64,000 nucleotides of DNA from contig CDRNST010000110.1 in NCBI GenBank assembly GCA_977016875.1, positions 1 to 64,000 of the forward strand, in the 5' to 3' direction. This document shows positions 54,532 through 64,000 of this stretch, piece after piece. Source of the stretch: Pavona decussata. Its lineage: Eukaryota. A model generated the notes under the pieces. It was not told the DNA's origin, ran no database searches, and saw only the letters and a program-made list of their open reading frames with translations. Numbering within the stretch: position 1 is the stretch's first letter; the number at the start of each line of letters is the position of its first letter. A program made the position numbers and the translations under genes.

Positions 54532-54878
54532 TGAGAATGATGATTATTCTAGAAAGTGACGCAGGCATACTCGGAAAAAAGAAATCCGAGTGCTCCTATC
54601 AGGAGTCGAACCTAAGGCCCTCCCGATTACTAGTTCGGATGCTCCGCCACTGAGCTACAGAAGACTCGTGGGAGCTAAGGCCATTAAACTAGGTTCATGG
54701 GACAAACATCCTGCATACTGCTAGGATTTGAATGTCGAACGTGTGGTATATGAAAGAAATGTGATGGCATATTTCCAGCCTGGTGAATGAATGAGAATGA
54801 TGATTATTCTAGAAAGTGACGCAGGCATACTCGGGAAAAAGAAATCTGAGTGCTCCTATCAGGAGTCGAACCTAAGAC
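54532..54878 (-). mobile_element. Same tRNA-containing repeat, ~1.3-mer with terminal redundancy
   Basis: tgagaatgatgattattctag occurs at 54532 and 54792 (period 260). The tRNA-like segment 54591-54665 has anticodon loop CTAGTAA on the minus strand. Confidence 0.85.
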
Positions 54879-54993
54879 GTGTTTTCGAATTATGCTAACT
54901 CGAACGCGTAGTTGCAACGTCACTGTTTACAATGACGTTACTAGTTTCGCAAGTTTTCAAGCAAAGCGTACAAAATGCAACATTCTACATAAT

Positions 54994-55219
54994 AGAGAGA
55001 TTTAGAATCGTGTCAATACGGCAGACGGGAAACGTCTGATTCGCGTTTATGTTTTCTTGAAAAAATTAGTTCATAGTACATAGAGAATAGTATAGATCTG
55101 CTAACGCAAAACTACTCAATTTTACTGAGAAACTGTGAGCGGCAAATGAAGGATAAACATGGTCACGTGGTCATTTCTGCCTTTTGCCGTTTAACGTAAA
55201 CATAATTCTAAAACTTTCA
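54994..55219. mobile_element. MITE (agagagatttagaat...attctaaaactttc)
   Basis: Imperfect TIRs. A second partial copy at ~48063-48210 shares ttcgcgtttatgttttcttga and taacgcaaaactactcaatttta. Confidence 0.65.
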
Positions 55220-55624
55220 ATTAACAGCTCAACGTCTACGGGCTACCATTTGATCGCCCCCCCCCCCCCCCCCCCCGTGTGGTGAAATGACCCCCTATTC
55301 TGTCCCTGTTTCCGTGAAAAGGTAAGAGGTTGATTCTCCGGGTAGAGCTTCCACTATTCAACTTTGAACAAAGATCACGCTTGTCGAAAGCTTTTGATTA
55401 TCTTTGAGGGATAAGGGATACTTTTTTTATCAGAAATATGTTTGTGAAAGGGGTGGGGAGGGTGGGGTATCATCTCCGTTAAAGTTGGCATGTGAAAGTT
55501 CAATGACAAGGACAAATCTACTGTATCATGACAAGCGGACTTCTCTCATACGATTACTCTCTAGCAAAGTGTGCGAGGCTTGTTTCTGAAACCTCGTCTT
55601 CTGACTTTGAGCTTTCTCTTACAG

Positions 55625-55956
55625 GGATCTCTTTCCGCAAGAATCTTCGACCAAATCCGTATCCCAGAAACCCAGATGAAGTCATGGAAAAATGACCAGT
55701 GCGAAATATGCTGTACAGACTTGAATCAGCTTAAAAGGGAGGCTGTTGCTATGGTGAACACCCTTGAGGAATCCCAATTTCTCGCTTACTACAACATTCC
55801 CGGATACATGGTGGGGCCAAACGCTGAGCAGTTGATACGGCGGGCGGACAAGCAGCGCCTTCAGATGGGTCTTACGTCCATGGATACCGCTGATCGCAGT
55901 GGGATGGTGTATGTCAAGCCCGATGAGGCAGCCATTGGTTCTTCATTTTTGTCAAG
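55625..55956 (+). CDS. KIF26: KIF26 coding exon 2 (GSLSARIFDQIRIPE...CEICCTDLNQLKREA...SSFLSR)
   Basis: Acceptor ctcttacag|, 332 nt, donor AG|gtaagg (phase 0 to 2). Contains the second CxxC motif and joins exon 3 to give SFLSRAAQKL. Confidence 0.92.
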
Positions 55957-56664
55957 GTAAGGCTATTGCGATTTAAATAAATGCCAGACGCTAAATAAAG
56001 ACTGGATTCAAGGAAACGCCGGGCTTACGGGTTCACATATGTTTCAAACAAGCGCTCCAAGTTTATTTGGGATCCAGCGACGTCCACTGCAGAATAGGCG
56101 TTATTTGTTAGGCGTTTTTAGGGCGAGAAGCATGCGCGATGAGTGAGGCAAGGGCGTAGAGCTAACCATTCGCTTCTAGTCCGAAACACGCATTAATAAC
56201 AAACATATAAACTAATCAGAAAAAGATAGGATCTGTTATACAGGCCACTCTGTAGTCTACCGGACTGTTCTCGTGCTTTGTAGTCCTTTAAACACCAATA
56301 CCGGTCAGCATCAAATTTAAGTTCTTCCAACCAAATCACATCTTAATCGAACATAAGTTCATAAGAAGAAAGGAACTGATCAGAAAATATAAAAAGCCTT
56401 GATGTTTCACAAATTCTCCTAACTAATACCGCAAGAAATATATGAGGAAAATTGAGGAGAATCATGATGATTGTTGATATTTGGGCTTAAAGAGATACAG
56501 GACAGATTCAGCAAGTTAACTTGCGATGGCCTGCGACTGCGTTTGGCGATGGCTGAAAATTTGTTTGAAAATAATTCCACAAAATATGAGCATTCATGAG
56601 CTTTCACAGCCAATAAGGCGCCTAGTGCAATACTGACATTGTACTGTGGATGAGCGAAAAACTA

Positions 56665-56851
56665 CAGTCAACTCTCGCCTTGCGGACACCTCGCTATTAC
56701 GGACACCCCGATAATACGGACAGCAGCTAAATCCCCGGCAAAAATAAATTACAGACGTTTGACTGAAATAAATTCCCGCTATTACGGACTCTCGCTATTA
56801 AGGACACTAACTCTCGGTCTCGAGGGTGTCCGCAATAAAGGGAGTTGACTG
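56665..56851. mobile_element. Tc1/mariner (pogo-like) MITE with TA TSD
   Basis: ta|CAGTCAACTC...GAGTTGACTG|ta, with internal cgctattacggac subrepeats. Confidence 0.88.
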
Positions 56852-58700
56852 TATTGTTTAATCGATATTTACAATAATCATTGTCATGAAAAGTAGCCCC
56901 TTCAGGTCAACGCCCTAAATCACAGGAAAACAAACGAAAACATGTTACATTGTAGTGTGGATTAGTATACGGATGTGAAAACCTTATGTTTCTAGGAAAG
57001 AAGGCTAAATTTGAAATTCCTTCACTGTGTGATGTAGGTCTAATTCGAGGGAGCTGAAGGGAAAATGTGTAAAACCGTTTGTTTTGATAAACAAGCAGAG
57101 AATTGTTAAACCTTCGAGAAACCGTTTTCCATTTGCTAGGGATGCCAAACTCCAATTTAACAACCATCTAAACTATTTACTGGGCAAAAATATTGAAAGG
57201 AGACCGCCAGAAAAAATGGTTTTCAACGTAATTAAATGTCATACTTTAGGCTTCCATACACAGACGTAAAAGTTTGAACCACGTTATACAGCATAATGAA
57301 CCCGAACGCCACTAGGAAGTCATATTACCGCTGCCAGTTTACCTGCGTTCATAGCCTAACTTTAAGTTTTCTTCTTTAAAGAATCAAAAGTTGGAGCCCG
57401 CATTTTACATTAACGCAAGGTTTGACTCTTGCAGGTTTAGATCAACTCTTTTTGTGATAACACTAAGTTGGTAGTTAGCGTTATAAAGTTAATCCAACGA
57501 CCGAGCAAGACACACATGCTCTTGAAGATTATAGAAATTCACTTGAGTGAATGAGCTTTTTTTGCTATTCAAAGTGTCATTTGTGACTTATTCAAAATCA
57601 ACTTAATTAAAAGACATATCTCCGCCTACAAAACCCCCTGTATTGTTAGTTACTTAAGCGTCTTCACCTTTCTTGATAAACAAATTGTCGTTGAAGCTTA
57701 GTACTTCCGTCGATGTGACGTCTCGTAGAAGGCACAATGCAAAATTTGCCACAGAAATAGTGCTTTCAAAACTTAAACATAAATGGATTCGTTTGGTGAA
57801 CATGAACGCAGTACCGTACCGATTGCAACAGGTTTAACGCATTTATCGACTTGGAAAACGTCAACGTGCAGACGAGAACTGGACAAATCAAAAGTCAGGT
57901 AGATAAATTTCCGTATTGTATGGCAGGAATTCACGTGCTCGCTTCGCTCTCAGTTATCAAACGAACACAGCCAACGGGCACCAAAGTTATGTCGTTATTT
58001 TCAGTGAAGTTGGTTTGGCTGTTAAAAAAACACCTTTTAAGCTAGTCATTTTGCACATATCAGTAAGGGGTTTCATTGTATTGAGAATGTGAAACATTTT
58101 AAATGGCAATCGGACATTTACAACTGTTTAAATGTGACTTGAAAGCTGGTTGCTGACATTGTGTTAGGTAAATGCACCCGACTATATGATACGCCTTTTT
58201 GCCTCTTCAGTCAAATATTCTAAGGCATGTTCATCTCATAAAAGAGACAAAAGTTTGGGGAAATTAATTTGTTGCTGAGATATGTGTACCAAATGTGAAA
58301 GCTCCTAGAAATATCTGTGACAGAATGTCACGTAACTCCGCCCGATAAATCATACCGGGAAATGTTTACTTTTTTCTACAAGAAGTTAACGCAAATACCA
58401 AGTTCAATTTTTAATCTATGTCCTTTGGATATCTCTTGAATACGCGAACTAATCCCTTATTAAGTTCTTTTTAATGTAATAAGTTCAAGACGCATTTAAA
58501 GTTTACAGAAAAAGTCATTGTTTTGTTGAAAATCTTGTTCTACCGTTTGTCAATATTTGCATTCTTCTGTTCTTGTTTTATGCTCTTCCTTTGTCGTGCA
58601 ATCAATACAAAACTAAACTTTAATCCTTGTTTTTTCCTTTGACGTCAAAATGCGGGTATTAATTATGCATATTTTCTGCGAGAAGCATTACTAAGAAAAG

Positions 58701-58972
58701 CACATGCAGCCCAGACGTAATGAGCGATAAGAGCGGTTATTTTCAAGCGGTTACGAGGGCTGCGGTTACGAGGGTTTACTCCATTGTAAAACCCGACAAA
58801 ATGGCATTTAAACCAGTCAGAAGACACCAGAAAGCAATTGAGTAACGGTGAGGAAGCTTTTTTTGTATTTGTTTTTAAATTTTTCTATTTCTATTCGGAC
58901 CGTTCAAAATTTCCCTGTGCAGCCGCTTGTAAATAACCGCTTGTATCGCTCATTACGTCTGGGCTGCCTGTG
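58701..58972. mobile_element. MITE with ~50-bp TIRs and CAC...GTG termini (CMC/Transib-like ends, superfamily uncertain)
   Basis: cacatgcagcccagacgtaatgagcgata...tatcgctcattacgtctgggctgcctgtg. Confidence 0.8.
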
Positions 58973-59048
58973 AAAAAAGAAGACCATCTGCTCCTCTTGA
59001 CTTCAAATTTTCTTGTCGTTAATTCGCTTTCTTCCTCGCGTTTTTTAG

Positions 59049-59283
59049 AGCCGCTCAAAAGTTAATGTCCTCCAAGAAGAAGAAGAAAGGACACAGTCAC
59101 AAGCAGGAAACGTCCTCCCCGTACCACCCCTCCCCCGCTGTAGAGTTAACACCGTCAAGGCACAGACAGAAAGAAGTCCAGCCATACCCCTTCCCTACAA
59201 AGTTCAAGGAAGTGCTTCGGGTATCAAGCCCTGCTGTGCCACCAGGCCTGCTGAAGATGCACAGCAAAAGAACCGATGGGAAG
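59049..59283 (+). CDS. KIF26: KIF26 coding exon 3 (AAQKLMSSKKKKKG...PAVPPGLLKMHSKRTDGK)
   Basis: Acceptor ttttttag|, 235 nt, donor AAG|gtaaga (phase 2 to 0). Confidence 0.93.
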
Positions 59284-59305
59284 GTAAGAAGGGGCGATTA
59301 AACCT

Positions 59306-59439
59306 CATCCTCGGCGATGCTCAGAGACCCAGGGGCAGCTAGTCGGGAGGAAGGGATTTTCTTGGGCGAAAGTTTTCAACAACTTTCGCCCATGAAAATC
59401 CCTTTCTCCCGAACAGCTGCCCCTGGGTCTCTGAGGATC
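59306..59439. mobile_element. Hairpin MITE with 9-bp TSD attaaacct, in KIF26 intron 3
   Basis: ~55-bp inverted arms (tcagagacccaggggcagct... / ...agctgcccctgggtctctga). TSD at 59297-59305 and 59440-59448. Confidence 0.88.
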
Positions 59440-59544
59440 ATTAAACCTTCAAGAATAAAATGTTTTTACAATTGTTGGAAGACAAAAAAAATGCCTGTTT
59501 CCACTAACATGTTTTTAGCTATGGAGCCAAAGAAAAGAAAAATG

Positions 59545-59545
59545 C

Positions 59546-59604
<59 letters not shown>
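59545..59604. repeat. (CAA)20 microsatellite, intronic
   Basis: Perfect trinucleotide run in KIF26 intron 3. Confidence 0.97.
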
Positions 59605-59606
<2 letters not shown>

Positions 59607-59947
59607 TTACTTTAATATTAAGCGCAACAAACTTTTCTTCTTTTTATATTCACGCCCTTTCAAGTTTCCTTTTCGTTCCCTTTCTCGGCCTGCCTCGATG
59701 GCGTTTTGTCTGTCATCTTGTAGAAGGTGTTTAGACATCATGAAGAAAACTGTACTGGTTTTTCTTTAGCTAAAGGCTATCTTCAAACCTTTCAATCAAA
59801 TTACAATTTCTAGCCAAGCATGGTCTTTCATGTGGATCCAGAGAAACGTCCTAAAACCATTTACCTTGTCTCCTGTCTGCTTGAATACGTAAAAGTATTT
59901 AAAGAGAAAATAGAAGTTGATCGCTCTACTTTAAAACCCACCCGCAG

Positions 59948-60145
59948 GTGAAAGTGATGCTTCGTATCGGTCCGTCATTTCCGGGAGAGACTGGGTCCTT
60001 CATGAAGGTAGATCAGAAGAGAAAACAGGTCACACTGTACGATCCCAGCACTGTGGGTCACGTGTCACAAACTCACAGAAAAATGGGCGTGGCTGCACCC
60101 AAGATGTTCGCGTTTGATTCTATATTTGAAACAGACTGTTCTCAG
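59948..60145 (+). CDS. KIF26: KIF26 exon 4, start of kinesin motor domain (VKVMLRIG...APKMFAFDSIFETDCSQ)
   Basis: Acceptor cgcag|, 198 nt, donor CAG|gtgagt (phase 0 to 0). Confidence 0.96.
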
Positions 60146-60716
60146 GTGAGTAAAGACAACTACCTTGTATGATGTATCATGAGGCTGTACCCTTTCAAAT
60201 CTCTGATTCAAATTGATACCCTTAAGAATTTCAGACAGCCTTCCTGATTTTATTTCGAGATGCAAACTCATTGAAATAACATCTTTATACAGTGTAATAA
60301 AGTTTACCGCAGTAAGATACTTCTCACAAGATTTCACTTGCATGGCTATAGCACAAGAATTTAACCCAAAAAGTAAAAGTTAGAAAACCACCTTGTACAA
60401 AACAATAAACGATAGTAACATGACGTAATGCTCATACAATACGAGCTTTTATGAATGTTAGTACTTCAGAATGAAGTGAAAACCAACTTGTACAGCGTAA
60501 TACATTTGTTGGAGTACATTTTATCCACTGGATAGATTTATCCGCTCTTTAACAACTGGGACCTGTACTACTTCTCAAAACAGTCCTCCATAACTTTCAC
60601 TGATCTAAATGTTCACATACTCAAATGTTACTGAAGACATCTTATACCCCTAATACACTGTGCGTATTCGCGTCGTACATTTACTAAAAAGCGCGCATTT
60701 TCTTTCTTTTTCTTAG

Positions 60717-60810
60717 GTGGAAGTGTGTTCGGGATCACTAGTAGACGTTCTTCAATCAGTTGTGGGTGGATCAGAGGGCTGCCTGTTCTCATATGGATAT
60801 GCTGGTTTAG
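60717..60810 (+). CDS. KIF26: KIF26 exon 5 ([31 protein letters not shown])
   Basis: Acceptor tcttag|, 94 nt, donor G|gtataa (phase 0 to 1). First half of the P-loop. Not in the supplied ORF track in this frame. Confidence 0.94.
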
Positions 60811-60946
60811 GTATAATTGCTTTCAGCACATCAGTAAAGAAAGAACAAAAGAGCTTTTTCTGTTTGCCATTTTAACAAGTGCTTTGTCTGTGCTAAAAAT
60901 AATTTCTTCTTTTTGTAATTATCTGCTTCTTTTTAACCTTTTTCAG

Positions 60947-61052
60947 GAAAGACCCACACTATGGTTGGCCGAGACGAGAAAGAACAAACTTTAGGACTGA
61001 TTCCTTGTGCGCTGTCATGGCTGTTTAGACTGATCGCCGACCAGAAACAAAA
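60947..61052 (+). CDS. KIF26: KIF26 exon 6 ([35 protein letters not shown])
   Basis: Acceptor tttcag|, 106 nt, donor AA|gtaaga (phase 1 to 2). Kinesin GKT.TM.G and G.IP motifs. Confidence 0.95.
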
Positions 61053-61242
61053 GTAAGAGAAAAAAAGGATTCGATTATCCTTCCTTGGCATAAGTTCAGC
61101 TGTTCTGAGATCCTTTATAACCCACCAATAATGAATTGAATTCGTGGAACAGTACTCATAGGCAACCTCTCGGCATTTTCCATTAGTTTGCCTCTGTTGT
61201 TTTACAGCTTTGTATCTTTGTATCTTTGTTTGTTCATTTTAG

Positions 61243-61334
61243 AACTGGAACGAAATTTTCCGTTCGAGTGTCGGCAGTAGAGATCGTCGGGCGATCGGAA
61301 ACCGTTCGGGATTTGCTAGCCGAACAAGCCACAG
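61243..61334 (+). CDS. KIF26: KIF26 exon 7 ([30 protein letters not shown])
   Basis: Acceptor ttttag|, 92 nt, donor G|gtaact (phase 2 to 1). Confidence 0.95.
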
Positions 61335-61959
61335 GTAACTGATGACTGTAGCATTCAGTTTTTACTTTTCGTTTATGAGATTGAGCCACTTAGTCAGCCG
61401 GTCAAAGTTTGCAGGAGATGGAAACTTAAAAGTTCTCGCCACACCCTAAGCTAACTGAGTTTGCAGATGCGATATAGCTACAAGCCTAAATATTATTGAC
61501 ATTTTTTGTAGTGAAATTTCTACTCACTAACTTTTCTTATCACTTCCCACAAATGAAACCGAATTATTCCGACACTTGTGGCCAATCATAACAGAAGGTA
61601 ATATGAAAATTGACCATTCCAAATTTGATGCAAAAACTGGAAACCGGTGCCAAGCACGGGAAAGCATATCAGGAACCGTTTCTAACAGCGGAAAGACGCC
61701 CCAAGCTAAGTCACGATTTCGCTCTTAATTTCCTAAAAACAAATAGTATCCGTGATTGGTTACAGAGTGTTGAAAAAGAGCCAACTTTAACCACTGGATG
61801 AGCTCAGCAATACAAAACAAACACAAAATGTTTACTCAAAAGGTGATCGAAAACCGCTTGTAGTGAAGTTCTCAAGAGACACTGTCATGATTCTAAGTGA
61901 ACAACATAGACAATGCAACTGCAAGTAGTTGATATATCATCTTTTTTATTGTTTTTTAG

Positions 61960-62027
61960 GATCAGAAAACGGCGTTGGTGATCCCAGCCCAAGCGTATTC
62001 CTCAAAGAGGATCGCAGCGGAGCTCAC
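61960..62027 (+). CDS. KIF26: KIF26 exon 8 (GSENGVGDPSPSVFLKEDRSGAH)
   Basis: Acceptor ttttag|, 68 nt, donor CAC|gtgagt (phase 1 to 0). Confidence 0.9.
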
Positions 62028-62157
62028 GTGAGTAGAAAAATTTGCGGTTATTGCCACGCTCAATTTATCAAATCTGTTGAGAGAGTGTGTAATGTGTGCC
62101 TTACAGTTTAGCAGTTGCGCATTTACGCTGTTGATCAAATTTCTTGTCACATTTTAG

Positions 62158-62263
62158 GAGATCAATCCCACGGAGCTTCGCGCCCCAACAGCCGAGAAGG
62201 CAGCGTACTATCTGGATGCAGCCTTAGCGTCGAGAACAAAACCGCTGACCGGCCAACTAGAGG
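62158..62263 (+). CDS. KIF26: KIF26 exon 9 (EINPTELRAPTAEKAAYYLDAALASRTKPLTGQLE)
   Basis: Acceptor ttttag|, 106 nt, donor G|gtatgc (phase 0 to 1). KIF26 signature ELRAPTAEKAA. Confidence 0.95.
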
Positions 62264-62668
62264 GTATGCTATTCTATATTTCATATTTTGATCAATCCAA
62301 CCTAAGTGTTAGCTAGCGCGAGCTATCAAGCAGAGTTCGGAGAGCACAACTTCTACATACATTCATGTAACGGTGTTTTCACAAACCAATTTATTTTTTA
62401 GATTGAAGTTCCCACAAATTCAGTCTCAAACTTTGCGTAATTCTTATGTGAACCGGCATTTTAATTTTCACGTGGAAAAGGATTCCCATGCGTATCTAAA
62501 AATAGACCGATCTGTGAAGATGGCGTAGAAAAGGGTTCGCGCGGGGGCTGTACGCTTCGAGTAATGGTCTCCCAGCAGAGTTCTTGTAAGTGGTTTTAAG
62601 TCAATTGTATAATATTTCGTTTACACTCACTTATTTCGAAAACTAACTTTTATTGCTTCATTCTACAG

Positions 62669-62770
62669 GAGAGAACTCAGATTGGGAAGAAAAAATGAAC
62701 TCTCACATGTTCTTTACGGTGCATATTTATCAATACCGCGTGGAGAAAAACTCCAAGAACGCTGGAGGAG
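62669..62770 (+). CDS. KIF26: KIF26 exon 10 (GENSDWEEKMNSHMFFTVHIYQYRVEKNSKNAGG)
   Basis: Acceptor ctacag|, 102 nt, donor G|gtaaga (phase 1 to 1). Degenerate switch I region. Confidence 0.95.
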
Positions 62771-62905
62771 GTAAGAGCTTTCATCAAGCCAAGTAGAGTA
62801 GAATCGTTTTCATATGATGCACAAAGATGTTAAGTGTTGTTTAATCTCTTGAATGTTTCGTACGAAATTGCCATTTTAACGATTTTATTTTCGTTCTCTC
62901 CCCAG

Positions 62906-63062
62906 TCCACGGAGGTCGTTCTCGGTTGCATTTGATCGACCTTGGCAGCTGCGAAGGATATGCTGGGTCCAAGAAAGATGGCGGAGCGAGCAGCATGTCT
63001 CTGTCTGGACTTGGAAACGTGATCATTTCTCTTATAAATGGCGCCAAGCACGTGCCACACAG
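62906..63062 (+). CDS. KIF26: KIF26 exon 11 ([18 protein letters not shown]...[20 protein letters not shown])
   Basis: Acceptor ccccag|, 157 nt, donor AG|gtgcgt (phase 1 to 2). Degenerate switch II DLGSCE. Confidence 0.96.
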
Positions 63063-63636
63063 GTGCGTTCAGCCAACCAGCTTCAAGTTAATAGACCTTA
63101 TTCGCTCTATATGCTAATTACCACTGCAAACCACCTGATATTCTCTGGAGAATCGACCCTTTGTCTATTTGGAAGTAAAGAATGCATTCCAGCGTAAATT
63201 TGACCAATTCTAAAAGAGACTACTCCCTAGAGTACTGTCACATGATCTGAAGAAAGTAGAGGATTGCGGATTACAAAATAAGTAATAGTTAGACTTTGCC
63301 AACAGGTAAGACCCGATGCAGCACAATCGCAGGCGTAAGAAACCATTGATTCAAACACTGAGAAATGTGAGCACAAGGACAACGATCAAACAGTTTCAAA
63401 GAGTTTTTAGCTTGAGTCTCTGTTAACTTTACTATTGAAAACCTGGGTAAAGATTTTCATGTTCTTGTACATACGTTTGCGTCACTAGTTAAAATCAGGC
63501 CTGAGGTGAAAATTTGCGAAAGTGTCAACGTCCTATTGATTGAATTCAAAAGCTTGTTGTTGTCAAAATACACCGGATTCAGCTTAGCTTCGGGAATCCT
63601 TTTTCACGTATTTGTTCTCCTTTTTGTCTTAAACAG

Positions 63637-63799
63637 GACAAGTAAAATAACGCGCATGCTCCAAGAATCTATCGGAAATACGTCATGTCGTACAACGATG
63701 ATTGCGCATGTCTCACCCTCGCTTCCATTCTACACGGAAACTCTGGCGACTGTCCAATTAGCGAGCAGGCTTCACCGGCTGCGGAAACGAAAGGGAAAG
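63637..63799 (+). CDS. KIF26: KIF26 exon 12, end of motor domain (RTSKITRMLQESIGNTSCRTTMIAHVSP...ETLATVQLASRLHRLRKRKGK)
   Basis: Acceptor aaacag|, 163 nt, donor AAG|gtgaga (phase 2 to 0). The C-terminal tail exons lie outside the window. Confidence 0.96.
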
Positions 63800-64000
63800 G
63801 TGAGATTGAGATATGAAGTCTCTATACTAAGTGACTTGTGCTTCGTCGAATTTTGGTTCTGGAAATTTAGTAGTGATACAATATCTATGGTGGACTTAAT
63901 TAATAATTTAAAACCATAAGGACTAAGCACTAAGCACTAAGGACACAAATGATATGGATCAGAGAATTAACTCTGCAGTGTTTGTTAAAGTGGTAAAGCC

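Larger units (their letters stand above)
37746..63799 (+). other. KIF26: KIF26-family kinesin gene model (12 coding exons in window, 3' end beyond window)
   Basis: Exons joined by hand give a 616-codon open frame with GT-AG introns and matching phases. The protein has KIF26-specific motifs: [75 protein letters not shown]. Confidence 0.95.

Noticed and set aside
54591-54665. Functional tRNA-Thr gene
   Set aside because: The acceptor stem is imperfect, the anticodon arm has an extra base, the two copies diverge from each other, and the segment is embedded in a dispersed repeat.
59317-59769. 150-aa polyQ ORF
   Set aside because: It lies inside KIF26 intron 3 and is made of a hairpin MITE plus a (CAA)20 microsatellite.
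60725-60994. 89-aa ORF from the supplied track
   Set aside because: It overlaps KIF26 exons 5 and 6 in the wrong frame and reads through the intron.

Overview
AT-rich, intron-containing animal genomic DNA. The repeat landscape resembles a stony coral, possibly Porites; that is an inference from my recall of the 106-bp repeat and SINE/MITE families, not a search result. The only host protein-coding gene I can support is a plus-strand KIF26 (kinesin-11 family) orthologue. I traced 12 coding exons from 37746 to 63799 (1848 nt, 616 codons). All introns are GT-AG with consistent phases, and the gene continues past the window end. The first ~37 kb has no recognisable host coding gene. It carries tRNA-derived SINEs, LINE fragments (RTE and RTEX-like), many MITEs, 106-bp tandem arrays and an assembly gap. 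Almost all ORFs in the supplied track are spurious. The most notable observations are: (1) a 260-bp mobile unit with an internal tRNA-Thr-like Pol III gene, present as a circularly permuted monomer and as a terminally redundant ~1.3-mer; (2) three hairpin elements unrelated in sequence that each have a 9-bp target-site duplication; (3) candidate alternative first coding exons in the 17.7-kb KIF26 intron 1 that would remove one of two N-terminal CxxC motifs. There is no CRISPR array or prokaryotic system here.
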